DNA from: an uncultured delta proteobacterium
GTDB lineage: Bacteria > Myxococcota > Kuafuiibacteriia > Kuafuiibacteriales > Kuafuiibacteriaceae
Direction: 5' to 3'
Length of the DNA: 64,000 nt
NCBI GenBank assembly: GCA_963803435.1
Contig: CAWDML010000001.1
Coordinates: 2,976,001-3,040,000, forward strand
Shown: positions 36,704 through 46,553 of the stretch, piece by piece
How positions within the stretch are numbered: the stretch's first letter is position 1
How the letters are laid out: each line of letters starts with the position of its first letter
Position numbers and translations under genes: made by a program
Notes under the pieces: model-generated
What the model was told of the DNA's origin: nothing
Database searches by the model: none
Seen by the model: the letters and a program-made list of their open reading frames with translations, nothing else

Positions 36704-39061
36704 ATGGCCCTCTTCCGGAAGGACGGCGAGGAGCGCGTTGCGGAGCTCCTTCAAGAGGCCGAGCTCTCCCGGATGAAGGGGGACGGCAAGAAGAACCGCA
36801 AGTTGCTCGAAGAGGTCATCGCGATCTACTCGAAGGCTCAGAACTACACCGCCGCCGCCGAGATCTCGGAGCGGCTCAAGGACCACGCGCGCGCGGCGCG
36901 CTATTGGTTTCGGAGCGGCGACTTCAAGCGTGCGGCGCGCGAGCACCTGGCGGCCGGCGAGCACCAGTCGGCGATCGAGCTCTACGAACGGTCGGGCGAG
37001 TATCTGAAGGCTGCCGAGGTCCTCGAGGAGCAAGGCGATTTGGTTCGCGCGTCGATCCAGTACGAGAAGGCGGGCGACCCGCTGCGCGCCGCCGACATCC
37101 TGTGGAGCGCGGTCAACCGGCACGCTGCGGCGCTGCCGTCGTCCGAGGTCCCCGCCGCCTGCCGCCGGGCCGGCGATCTCTATGCCGGGTTGGGGCGGAC
37201 CGAGCAGGCGGTCGAAGCCTTTCAAAAGGGTGGACATGTCGCGCAGGCGGCGAAGGCGTTGGAGCGCGCGAAGCAGCCCGAGGCCGCGCTGGCGCTGCTC
37301 TCCGGCGCCGGCGATCTGCTCGGCGCCGCCGAGGTGGCCCGGGCCGCCGGCATGATCGAGCGCGCCTCGATCCTGCTGGCGATGCGCGCCGAGAACGCGG
37401 GTCGCATGATCGAGGCGGCCAGCCACTACGAGCAAGCGGGGCAGCTCGGTCAGGCCGCGATGCTGTACGAGCTCGGCAGCGACCTGCCGCACGCGGCCTC
37501 GGCCCACGAGCGCGCCGGGAACCTCGAGACGGCGGCCAGCATCTATCAGCGGATCGGAGACACCTCGCGCGCCGATCGGTGCCTGCGCGCGCTCGGCCGG
37601 CATCAGGAGGCCGATCGGGTGTCCTGGGATCCGGACACCAACGCGGTCCGCGAGATCTACGACGACGGCGACTACCTGCAGGCCGCGGAGGGCTTTTTGC
37701 ACGCGGCCCGCAACGGCAAGCGACACTGTTACGACGAGGCGATCAAGTGCCTGGAGATGATCGATCCGGGCCAACCCAGCTACCTGAAGGCACGGACCAT
37801 GCTCGCCGAGGCGACCGCCGAGATCGGCGACAAGCGCGGCGCGATCGACATCCTGTGGCGCGTCGTCGACCGGCTCACGCCGACCACGGCCCACTGTCCG
37901 ATCCTCTACCAGTACGCGCGGCTCCTCGAGGGTGAGGGCTTCCTGGCCGAGGCGCGCGACGTGTACCGGAACATCGTCGTGCTCGAGCCGAGGTTCGGCG
38001 ACGTCACCGAGCGCATGCGCTACATCGCCGAGCGCTCGACGCCGCCGTCGCAGAAGTTCCGCACCATCGTCGGCACGCCTGCGACACCGCCCACGCCCAA
38101 ACCTCTCTCGCTCGCCACCGAGGACGAGGACGCCGGCGAGCTCAATCTCCTCGACGCGGACTCGCCCCGGTCACTGGCGTCGTCGGCGTGGGACAGCGGA
38201 GAGCTGCTCGGCCTCACCTCGGCGCGCGCGCTCGACGGGATCGTCCTCCGTAAGCGCTTCCGGCTCGAGCGGCAGCTGGGCGGCGGAGGGCAGGCGCGCG
38301 TGTTCCTCGCCCGCGACACCGTGCTCGATCGGCCGGTCGCGATCAAGGTGCTGCACGAGTCCGTGGCCGTCAGCGAGCAGGGGCTGGAGAAGTTTCTCCG
38401 CGAGGCCCGCCTGGCCGCGCGCATCCATCACCCAGGCTGCGTGGCGATCTTCGACTTCGGGCACGAGCACGGCCTCACGTTCATCGCGATGGAGTACATC
38501 GAGGGCTCGTCGCTGGGCGATGTGCTGCGCGACGGTCCGCTCGAGGCCTTCCGCGCGCTCCAGATCGCGAAGGAGGTGGCCGAGGCGCTCGCGGCCGCCC
38601 ACGCCGCCGGCGTCATTCACCGCGACGTGAAGCCGGAGAACATCCTGATCGACGAGTTCGATCGCGTGCGGTTGACCGACTTCGGCGTCGCCCGCGCGAC
38701 CGAGGGCGACACGACCGGCGGCATCTTCACCGGCACGCCCAAGTACATGTCGCCCGAGCAGGCCAACGGCGATCAGCTCGACACTCGCACGGACATCTAC
38801 TCGCTCGGTGCCGTGCTCTTCGAGATGCTGGCGGGAAAAGCGCCGTTCGACGGGTCCCTCGCCTCGATCGCCGTGCGTCTGACTCAGCCCGCCCCCGAGC
38901 TACCGCGACACCCGCCGATCCCGGACAGCGTACGGAGCGTGGTGAAGCGTTGCCTCGAACGTCGCTCCGAAGACCGGCCCGCGTCCGTGCAGGGCCTGCT
39001 CAAAGAGCTCGACTCGGCGATGTCGGACGTCACAGGCACGGCGATGAGCCGGACAATCTGA
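36704..39061 (+). CDS. Cytoplasmic TPR/helical-repeat protein with C-terminal Ser/Thr kinase
   Basis: Repeated A..YE.AG motifs; LGGGGQARV, AIK, HRDVKPEN, DFG, GTPKYMSPEQ. Confidence 0.92.
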   Translation: MALFRKDGEERVAELLQEAELSRMKGDGKKNRKLLEEVIAIYSKAQNYTAAAEISERLKDHARAARYWFRSGDFKRAAREHLAAGEHQSAIELYERSGEYLKAAEVLEEQGDLVRASIQYEKAGDPLRAADILWSAVNRHAAALPSSEVPAACRRAGDLYAGLGRTEQAVEAFQKGGHVAQAAKALERAKQPEAALALLSGAGDLLGAAEVARAAGMIERASILLAMRAENAGRMIEAASHYEQAGQLGQAAMLYELGSDLPHAASAHERAGNLETAASIYQRIGDTSRADRCLRALGRHQEADRVSWDPDTNAVREIYDDGDYLQAAEGFLHAARNGKRHCYDEAIKCLEMIDPGQPSYLKARTMLAEATAEIGDKRGAIDILWRVVDRLTPTTAHCPILYQYARLLEGEGFLAEARDVYRNIVVLEPRFGDVTERMRYIAERSTPPSQKFRTIVGTPATPPTPKPLSLATEDEDAGELNLLDADSPRSLASSAWDSGELLGLTSARALDGIVLRKRFRLERQLGGGGQARVFLARDTVLDRPVAIKVLHESVAVSEQGLEKFLREARLAARIHHPGCVAIFDFGHEHGLTFIAMEYIEGSSLGDVLRDGPLEAFRALQIAKEVAEALAAAHAAGVIHRDVKPENILIDEFDRVRLTDFGVARATEGDTTGGIFTGTPKYMSPEQANGDQLDTRTDIYSLGAVLFEMLAGKAPFDGSLASIAVRLTQPAPELPRHPPIPDSVRSVVKRCLERRSEDRPASVQGLLKELDSAMSDVTGTAMSRTI

Positions 39062-39077
39062 GGCGATCGGCCCGACG

Positions 39078-40355
39078 GTGAGAGCCCGAAGCACCGCGTT
39101 GATCCTGCTCGCGCTCGGGTGGCCGTCGCGCGCGCGGGCGGTCGAGGTGCCAGTGGGCGAGTGGCTGCGGAAGCCGGGCGTTCGACTCCTCGCCGTGCAG
39201 AGCATCCCGGAGAAGTGTGCCGAGTGCGGAGGGGAGACGGCCCGCTGGAAGGCCCTCGCCGAGCGCCATCGCGACGACGGGCTCCGGGTCCTCACGATCG
39301 TCGCGCGGGATCCGCTGCTCGGGTGCATCGATCCCGGGTGGGCGCCGGACGCCACGGTCTGCGACGTCAACTACGACGGCCTGGCAAAGCAGTGGCGGCT
39401 GCCCGAGCACGCGCCGGCGGCCTTCCTCTTCAGCTGGACGGGCGACCTCCTGGTGGAACGGGGCGAGCTCGGCGCCGTCGAGCGCGAGGTCGAGCGTCAG
39501 CTCGCGTCGACCCCCGAGATCGTGATCGACGTGCGCGAGAGCGATCATCCCGACGAGCTGGTGCCGGCGCTTCGCGACGCAATGCTCGAGAGCCGGCTCT
39601 ATCGCCCGGCGCCGCCGCCGACCGAGCGCGCGCGGATCGCCCGCCTCGGACCGGGTCCCTACGCGAAGATCCATCTGGCGCTGCCCACGTGCGTCGGCCG
39701 GAACGGACGGATAGGCGACGCGATCCTGGCCGCACACCGAGCCCGCGGAACGATCGATCTGACGCTGCGCTCGGAGGCGGGGTGTCGGGTGGCCACCGTT
39801 TCGGAGCGTTTTCGCTCGGTGAAGCACGCCGTCGCGGCGTTGATCGCCGCCATCCCCCGTCACGTCGAGATGCCCGAGGTGCCACCACCACCGCAGATCG
39901 CGTCGGGCGAGCTGATCGAGGACGCCGTGACGCCCGAAGGAAGGCTCCAGAAGTCGAGGCGGCTCCTCGCCACGCTCAGCGATCCGCTGGGCAAGCGGCT
40001 GGCGCAGACGGCCGCCAAGTATCTGGGACGAAGCGACCTCAAAGCACCCGGGCTGGCGCGGGCGATCCTGCGCGAGACGTTCTCCATCGACGTCGGCGCG
40101 ACGCTCGCCGAGCAGCTCGCGAGCGGCCCCGAGGTCGTGCTGGACCTCCGCGATCCGGAGCGGACCCTCGCGCCGGGCGACCTGATCTTCTTTGTCTCGT
40201 ATGCCTACGTCCCACGTAGCGTCATGGTTTACCTCGGTCACGGCTTGATGCTCGCGGCCGCGGACATCCGCGGTGTGGTCGTCGATCCTCTCCCTCCGGA
40301 GATCCCGTACTACTTCCAATCCGTGGCAAGACGGCCGCTTACTGCCGAACGGTGA
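39078..40355 (+). CDS. Secreted protein: thioredoxin-like N-terminus and degenerate NlpC/P60-like C-terminus
   Basis: Signal peptide; CAEC followed by GLRVLTI..P.AFLF..G; C-terminal KYLG..LAPGDLIFF..SVMVYLGHG lacking DCSG and the His. Confidence 0.55.
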   Translation: MRARSTALILLALGWPSRARAVEVPVGEWLRKPGVRLLAVQSIPEKCAECGGETARWKALAERHRDDGLRVLTIVARDPLLGCIDPGWAPDATVCDVNYDGLAKQWRLPEHAPAAFLFSWTGDLLVERGELGAVEREVERQLASTPEIVIDVRESDHPDELVPALRDAMLESRLYRPAPPPTERARIARLGPGPYAKIHLALPTCVGRNGRIGDAILAAHRARGTIDLTLRSEAGCRVATVSERFRSVKHAVAALIAAIPRHVEMPEVPPPPQIASGELIEDAVTPEGRLQKSRRLLATLSDPLGKRLAQTAAKYLGRSDLKAPGLARAILRETFSIDVGATLAEQLASGPEVVLDLRDPERTLAPGDLIFFVSYAYVPRSVMVYLGHGLMLAAADIRGVVVDPLPPEIPYYFQSVARRPLTAER

Positions 40356-40394
40356 GACGCAACCCACTGTCCTACATGTCCGATAACCTGGGAT

Positions 40395-41201
40395 ATGTAT
40401 GGGCGTTGTGGGACGCTGGCGCTGATGATCGCGGTGCTCCCCCGCGCCGCCGAAGCCGGCGACCTGGGTGAGGCGCTCGACTTCATCGAAGACACCACCG
40501 GAGACGAGCTGGGCGGCGGCTGGCACGACCTGGCCGAGCCCGAGGTGACCGAAGCGCTGCCGATGCTGGTCAGCCGGGACGTTCGCCCGGGCGCCGCGCT
40601 CGACGAGTACGACTGCTTCGACTCCGCCGTCGATCAGACGGTCCTGCGTACCAGCGGCGAGGAGAAGTGGGCGCTCCGCTACTGCATGAGGACGCGCTGG
40701 AAAAGGGATCATCTGCGCGGCTACCGGACGCTCGGCGAGGTCCGGCTCAAGCGTTCCGATGTTGCGGGCGCCATCGCGATCGCAGCCCGCGAGACGCATG
40801 TTCCCGCTGCGCTGATCGATCTGATCATCCAGTACTCCTCCGGATATCGCCCCGGTGTGATCTCCGACGACGGACACTACGGGCTGATGCAGCTCAACCC
40901 CGAGCACCTCCGCGACGTCGGGCTCGAGTTCGACAACCTTCTCGACCCCCAGGAGAACATCCTGGTGGGCGCGCGCTATCTGGCCCGCCTCACGATCCAC
41001 TTCAGCGACGTGAAGATCGCGCTGGGTGCCTACCACGTCGGCGCACGCGCGGTGGACGAGGGCGGCGGCGACCTGCCGAACGATCGCGCCTCCGTCTGGT
41101 TCACGCGCGCGCTGCTGAACCTGTACTACTCCACGCTCCGCGAGGTGCCGAAAGAGATCGGCGCGGACAGCATGGCGTTCGTGTTCGAGTGGTTGGACTG
41201 A
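40395..41201 (+). CDS. Secreted SLT (lytic transglycosylase)-like protein, catalytic Glu absent
   Basis: IIQYSSGYRP, GLMQL, DPQENILVGARYL, ALGAYHVG. Confidence 0.8.
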   Translation: MYGRCGTLALMIAVLPRAAEAGDLGEALDFIEDTTGDELGGGWHDLAEPEVTEALPMLVSRDVRPGAALDEYDCFDSAVDQTVLRTSGEEKWALRYCMRTRWKRDHLRGYRTLGEVRLKRSDVAGAIAIAARETHVPAALIDLIIQYSSGYRPGVISDDGHYGLMQLNPEHLRDVGLEFDNLLDPQENILVGARYLARLTIHFSDVKIALGAYHVGARAVDEGGGDLPNDRASVWFTRALLNLYYSTLREVPKEIGADSMAFVFEWLD

Positions 41202-41211
41202 GCGAGGAGGC

Positions 41212-41589
41212 TCAGCTGAGGATCGGGCCGAGCACGACGCCGGCGGCCAGCGACGCCAGGCTGATCGCGAGCAGGAGCAAGAGGAACACCAGCGTGGAGC
41301 GGAGGCGGGACCTGCGGGGGCGCTCGATCAGGCCGCTCGGCTGATCGTCGTCATCGTCGCGAGCCGCCGGGAGGAGCTTGGTCGGCGCGGTCTCGAAGCG
41401 GGGACGGCGGATGAAGAGGGTCTCGACCGAGGACTGGCGGGGGGCCGGGACCTGGATCTCGGCGATGCGAACGTGGAGGTTACAGTCCGACTCTTCGAAC
41501 GGCAGGGGCGAGTGACCCACCTGGACCGTTTGCGCCGTGTCGAGGTCCGGCAGGAGGAGATCCTCCGTCAGGTGGCGGCGATGACTCAC
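41212..41589 (-). CDS. Hypothetical tail-anchored protein
   Basis: Disordered Thr/Pro-rich N-terminus with a single C-terminal TM; co-oriented with the upstream operon. Confidence 0.6.
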   Translation of the reverse strand: MSHRRHLTEDLLLPDLDTAQTVQVGHSPLPFEESDCNLHVRIAEIQVPAPRQSSVETLFIRRPRFETAPTKLLPAARDDDDDQPSGLIERPRRSRLRSTLVFLLLLLAISLASLAAGVVLGPILS

Positions 41590-41626
41590 CGTTGCGCAGT
41601 ATCGATGAGAACGTCACCTTGGTCCC

Positions 41627-43375
41627 TTACCTGCTGCTTTCAGGTGCGCGACGCCGGCGAGGAAGGAGCGCCGCGAAGAGGAACGAGACCACCAGCATGC
41701 CGAACGCCCACGGGAGCGCGCGGGCGGCGAAGCGCGGTGGGTCCTCGACCGGAGGAAACTCGGCGACGACCGTCGAGCTCCGGACGCGGTCGGGGTGGCC
41801 GCGATGGCAGAGCTGGCAGTCCTGGATCGCCGGGTGGTCGGGCGCGTGGCACTGGCCGCAGGCGTTCCGGATGCTGCGGCCGTCGGAGCGAGCGGCGTGG
41901 CAGCGGAGGCAGGCGACGCCCTCGGACTCGTGGCGGACGTGGAAGGCGACATCCGCGGGAGCATCAATCCGGAACTCGGCCACCAGGCGCGGCGCGGTGC
42001 GCACGAGGTTCTCGTGCGGGTTCTCGTGGCAGCGGTTGCAGTCGAGGATCGCGGCGGCGGCCGGGTGGAACGCGGCGCCGCGGTGCTCGATGTGGCAACC
42101 GACGCACTCGATGTCGGCGGCCACGTGCCCGCGCGTGGGGCGGTTGTCGGGGTGGCAATCGAGGCAGCGCAGCGTCGAGATCCGACCGGCGCCCACGTGG
42201 CAGGCGGTGCATTGATCGCGGTCGAGCTCGGCGGCGCGCGCGCGGAAATCTGCGGACTCGTGCGCGCGGGAGAGGCGGTTGCCGGCCAAGATCTCCGAGT
42301 CGCCGCTGGCCAACATCCACCCCGTCATCACCAGCCCGATCAGGATGGCGAGGATTGCGCTGCGCGCCCGGAAGACACCGCGGTCGAGGTCGGAGGTGGC
42401 GTACCAGACCAGCTCCGACGCCTTCTTCTTCCTCCTGAGCTCGGTGGTGGGGCGATCGCCGAGCGGGCGTCCGATCATGCCGAGGTTCTGCGTGGCGGCT
42501 CGCGCCGGCTGCTCGGTCATGCTGGGCGGCTGAAGATCGAGGCCGAGGCAGGTCGCCCCCAGCACCACCAGGATCGCGTAGCTGCCGACGCTGAGGACGT
42601 CACCGTCGGAGAGCCGCTCCTCGACCACGCGCCGTCCGTTGAGGAACGTGCCGTTGGAGCTGCCGACGTCGCGGATCAGGTAGCGGCCCTCGCGGTGGTC
42701 GACCACCGCGTGACGGAACGAGACGCCGGCCTCGTCGATGACGACGCCGCTGCCGTGCTCACGTCCGATCGTGACGGGCACGGTCCAGAACGGATCGAGC
42801 CGACCGTCGCGCTGCACCACCACCTTGGCGCCCTGTCCCCCGCCCGCGACCACGTCCTTGAGCTTGGCGGCGGCGGCGACGAAGCGGTCGTCGATCTGGA
42901 GCTCGGCGGCGCGCTGCTGGACCGCGGTCTTCTGCTGGCCGAGCGCGAGCATCCGGGTGGCGTTGACGATCGTGAGGCCCCGCTGCCGGGGCGCGATCTC
43001 GGTCTTGATCGATCCGATCGCGAGCATCTGTCCCCGTGCCGGGGCGTCGTTCGCGATCAGCTCGACGTCGGCGCTCTCGAGATCGACGTCGGCAAGCTGG
43101 AGGATCGTCTCCCCGATCTGCAGATGATCGCCGAGGACCAGCCCGGCGCGGCCCGCCACGCGATGGCCGTTGATCAGCGTGCCGTTGGAGGAGCCGAGAT
43201 CGAAGACGGAGAAGCCGTTCGAGGTCCAGTCGACCTCGGCGTGGCGCTGAGAGAGCTGCGCGTCGTCGAACGTGACCGTGCACTCGGGCGAGCGTCCGAT
43301 CGTGATCACCTGGCCCTGGACCAGCTGGATCGCCTGACCGCGGTACGGACCGCTGATGACCTCGAGGACGAACAC
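41627..43375 (-). CDS. Tandem-FHA / TM / heptaheme cytochrome c / TM fusion protein
   Basis: FHA1 IGRS..LSQRHA..DLGSSNGT; FHA2 IGRE..VSFRHA..DVGSSNGT; TM; CTACH, CLDCH, CVGCH, CNRCH, CLRCH, CGQCH, CQLCH; C-terminal TM. Confidence 0.9.
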   Translation of the reverse strand: MFVLEVISGPYRGQAIQLVQGQVITIGRSPECTVTFDDAQLSQRHAEVDWTSNGFSVFDLGSSNGTLINGHRVAGRAGLVLGDHLQIGETILQLADVDLESADVELIANDAPARGQMLAIGSIKTEIAPRQRGLTIVNATRMLALGQQKTAVQQRAAELQIDDRFVAAAAKLKDVVAGGGQGAKVVVQRDGRLDPFWTVPVTIGREHGSGVVIDEAGVSFRHAVVDHREGRYLIRDVGSSNGTFLNGRRVVEERLSDGDVLSVGSYAILVVLGATCLGLDLQPPSMTEQPARAATQNLGMIGRPLGDRPTTELRRKKKASELVWYATSDLDRGVFRARSAILAILIGLVMTGWMLASGDSEILAGNRLSRAHESADFRARAAELDRDQCTACHVGAGRISTLRCLDCHPDNRPTRGHVAADIECVGCHIEHRGAAFHPAAAAILDCNRCHENPHENLVRTAPRLVAEFRIDAPADVAFHVRHESEGVACLRCHAARSDGRSIRNACGQCHAPDHPAIQDCQLCHRGHPDRVRSSTVVAEFPPVEDPPRFAARALPWAFGMLVVSFLFAALLPRRRRAPESSR

Positions 43376-45580
43376 TTACCAGAGCACCACCGTCATCAAG
43401 TGTCCGAGCAGCAGCGTCACCGCGATCGCCGAGGAGACCAGATGCATGGGCAGCCACGAGGTCAACAGCAGCTCGAAGGTCTGGCGCGAGGCGAGGATGC
43501 GAGAGAGCGCGATGTTCTCGCCGATACGGAGGGCCAGCGCGTGATCGGTCTCGGTGAGCGCCGGGAGCTTGCGGGCGCGCGCCTCCAGGGTGGCGCCCAG
43601 CTGTTTCGGCCCGATGCCGCGGCGCAGATAGGAGAGCCCGCCCTGCACCAGCTGGGCGGCGTGCTGCTCGATCTTCCTCCCGCGCTTCTCGTCGACGCCT
43701 GCCAGGAGCTCGGCGTTCGCATCGAGGAGCTCACGGATGCGCGGACCGACGTCCTCGGGGAGGAGCGCCTCATCCTCGGTGGCCGCCAGGAAGCGCGGGA
43801 TCCAGGCCGAGGCGAGCTGCCCGCCGATCCCCACGATCATGGAGAGCGTGATCATCGAGAGCAGGAGCGAGGTGAGCACGGCGGTGGCGCCGTAGTTGGC
43901 GTGGAAGAGGATCACGCCGTAGAAGAGCCCGGCCACCACGGCGTGCACGCGGGCCCAGACCGCCAGCGAGCCGAGCTTGTGGGTGCGGAGCCGCTTCCGC
44001 AGCCCGATGGCGGCGAGGAGCGCGATCATGGCGGCGCCGGCCACACCTGCGTAGAGACCGAGCCCGCTCCAGCTGGTGGCGTGGGTCGCGCGGTGAAGGA
44101 CGAAGCCGCCGATGGTGCTCACCGCCAGCGCGACCGCCTGGAGGACGCCGGTGACCGTGCCCGAGCGCCGCTTCTTGCTGGTGGTCTTGGCGGCCTGCGG
44201 CGTGCCCTCCTGCGTGATGGTCTTCGGCGCGATCGCCCGCAGCTCGTCGAAGTACATGCGCGGATCGATGCGGAGGACGGCCTCGACGGGACAGTTGTAG
44301 ACGCAGGCCGCGAACTCGCGCTCGAAGCAGACATCGCACTTCACGGCGACGAGATCCGACGCGTTGTCGACCGACGCCTTGCCGGCGCGCGCCATCGAGA
44401 TGTTGCCGAAGTCGCAGTTGCGCGCGCAGCTGCCGCAGCCGATGCAGGTGTCCTTGATGTAGACCTCACCGCCGATGTCGCGCGCGATCGCGCCGGTGGG
44501 GCAGCCGACCATGCACTCGGGCGTGGCGCACTGGAGGCAGCTGGTGGGGAAGTAGAGGTTCTCGTGGCGGCTGCTGGCGACGTCGCTGCGGCGGGTCATC
44601 TTCTTGCCGCGCCGGGCGATCCGGGAGAAGCCGTGGAGGTCGTCGCAGGCCTGGACGCAGTTGCCGCAGCGGACGCAGACGTCGAGGTTGATGATGAGCG
44701 CGGAGCGCGCCTGTCCCAGGCCCGCCTCCAGAACGTCGCGCACGAACCCCATCGAGGTCTTGCTCTTGAGGAGCCCCGACTGCTGGGCGGTGCGGCTGAG
44801 GCTGTAGCGACGGAACTCGGAGAAGAGCTCGGGCGCCTTGAGGTAGAGGCTCCACACGGTCGACCGCGGCACCACGACGCACTCGACCGGCTCGACCGCG
44901 ACCGCGGTGGTGGCGTACGGCGCCGACTTGGTGGCCTCTTCGTCGCCGAAGAAGTCCTCAGGCCCGAGATACGCGACGATCTCCTCGCCGCTCCCTTGGA
45001 CGCTGCGGCTGATGCGAACGAAGCCGGTGCGGACGATGAAGAAGGCCTGAGCGGGCTGGCCCTCGGTCGCGATCACGTCGCCCTTGGAGAAGGTCTGGAG
45101 CGTCGAGGTCTCGACCAGCATCTGGCGCGAAGCCTCCGCGAGCCGGCGGAAGAAGCGGCTTTGATCGACGAAGTTGAGGATCGCGTTGTGCGTGTAGAGA
45201 TCCTCGAGACGCTTCCTGACCTGCCGGTAACGGCGGAGCGTCTGATCGAGGTGGATCTTGCGCAGCTCCAGCATGTCGCAGTTGACCCGTGCCTTCACGG
45301 ACGCCTTGCGCTCGCCGCGGCCGAGCAGCGCCAGCTCGCCGAAGTACTCACCGGAGCGAAGCCGGCTGATACGCGTCACGCGACCGTCGCCGCCGAGCGC
45401 CTCGACGGTGGCTTCGCCGCGCAGGATCACGAAGAAGCTGTCGCCGTACTCTCCCTGGCGCACCACGTAGTCGCCGGCGGAGAACTCCGCCAGACGACCG
45501 GCCTCGAAGAGGCGTTGAATGGTCGCGTCGTCGACGCCGTCGAAGAGGGAGACTCTCCTCAGGAGCTCGGGACCGCTCAA
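43376..45580 (-). CDS. Tandem cNMP-binding / 4x[4Fe-4S] / heme-b-type membrane domain protein
   Basis: Probable TTG start at 45580. GEYFGELALL..RKASV; second cNMP domain; CVRCGNCVQAC, CLQC..CMVGCP, CIGCGSCARNC, CDVC..CVYNCP; TMs with two H-x13-H pairs. Confidence 0.88.
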   Translation of the reverse strand: MSGPELLRRVSLFDGVDDATIQRLFEAGRLAEFSAGDYVVRQGEYGDSFFVILRGEATVEALGGDGRVTRISRLRSGEYFGELALLGRGERKASVKARVNCDMLELRKIHLDQTLRRYRQVRKRLEDLYTHNAILNFVDQSRFFRRLAEASRQMLVETSTLQTFSKGDVIATEGQPAQAFFIVRTGFVRISRSVQGSGEEIVAYLGPEDFFGDEEATKSAPYATTAVAVEPVECVVVPRSTVWSLYLKAPELFSEFRRYSLSRTAQQSGLLKSKTSMGFVRDVLEAGLGQARSALIINLDVCVRCGNCVQACDDLHGFSRIARRGKKMTRRSDVASSRHENLYFPTSCLQCATPECMVGCPTGAIARDIGGEVYIKDTCIGCGSCARNCDFGNISMARAGKASVDNASDLVAVKCDVCFEREFAACVYNCPVEAVLRIDPRMYFDELRAIAPKTITQEGTPQAAKTTSKKRRSGTVTGVLQAVALAVSTIGGFVLHRATHATSWSGLGLYAGVAGAAMIALLAAIGLRKRLRTHKLGSLAVWARVHAVVAGLFYGVILFHANYGATAVLTSLLLSMITLSMIVGIGGQLASAWIPRFLAATEDEALLPEDVGPRIRELLDANAELLAGVDEKRGRKIEQHAAQLVQGGLSYLRRGIGPKQLGATLEARARKLPALTETDHALALRIGENIALSRILASRQTFELLLTSWLPMHLVSSAIAVTLLLGHLMTVVLW

Positions 45581-45617
45581 AACACTTTCATCCCGCGAAA
45601 CCGGTCGGATCCGCAAG

Positions 45618-46550
45618 GTGACTCGATCGACGTCCTGGAGTATTCGTGTGGGAGTGGCCGTCTCCGTACTGGTCTTCGCGCTGGCCCTCGCGACCCAGGC
45701 CGCCCCGCCCAAGGACGTCCGCGCCGACGTGACGAAACCGTTCTCCCACGACACCCACCTTTCGCAGCTCAGGACGGTCGCAGGGAAGGAGCGGCGGTAC
45801 TCGTGCAGCGACTGCCATACCTTGAAGGCGGTCAAGGACGAGGCCTCCAAAACGGGGGTCATCCCGCGAAGCCAGGACGGCGAGCGCGGGAAGGCCTATC
45901 CGATCTGCGCGTCGCCGCGGATGCCGTTCCCGGCCCACGACAAGTGTATCGGCTGCCACGCCTCGGCGTTCTTCAAGCCGCCGATCGTGATCTGTACCAA
46001 CTGCCATGTCGACGTGAAGATCACCGAGAAGTCGCCGCTCAAGGAGCAGACCTCAGCGCAGGCGCCCTTGCGCACCGAGTTCAGCCACCTGCTCCACCTC
46101 GATCCGACGCAGCGCGTGCGGAAGAAGTTCAAGATGGAGAAGGACTGTAGCTTCTGCCATCGCTTCGTCCGCGGCGGCGAGAAGGTGTTGCTCCCCGAGC
46201 ATCCCCAGTGCTGCGAGTGCCACACCCAGCAGGACGTCGAGCCCAACATCAACGACTGCGCCGGCTGCCACTCGCGTCCGAGGAGCGAGCCGAACCCTGC
46301 GTCGATGGTGAAGAAGTTCAGCCACGCCCAGCACAAGACCGATCCGGCCACCAACCAGTCACTGGGCTGTCTCCGTTGCCACTTCGAGGTGCCGCGATCG
46401 CAGAAGATCGCCACCCTCATCCTCCCGAAGATGGCGACCTGCGTGGAATGCCATCAGGGCGAGCTGGCCTTCAGCTATGCGGAGTGTCTGAAATGTCACG
46501 AGAAGGGGATCGAGGCGCGGCTGGTGCCGCCGACGCATAAGATCAAGTGA
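45618..46550 (+). CDS. Periplasmic nonaheme cytochrome c (c3/c7-like repeats)
   Basis: Signal peptide; three FSH..H units; CSDCH, CIGCH, CTNCH, CSFCH, CCECH, CAGCH, CLRCH, CVECH, CLKCH. Confidence 0.9.
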   Translation: MTRSTSWSIRVGVAVSVLVFALALATQAAPPKDVRADVTKPFSHDTHLSQLRTVAGKERRYSCSDCHTLKAVKDEASKTGVIPRSQDGERGKAYPICASPRMPFPAHDKCIGCHASAFFKPPIVICTNCHVDVKITEKSPLKEQTSAQAPLRTEFSHLLHLDPTQRVRKKFKMEKDCSFCHRFVRGGEKVLLPEHPQCCECHTQQDVEPNINDCAGCHSRPRSEPNPASMVKKFSHAQHKTDPATNQSLGCLRCHFEVPRSQKIATLILPKMATCVECHQGELAFSYAECLKCHEKGIEARLVPPTHKIK

Positions 46551-46553
46551 GGA

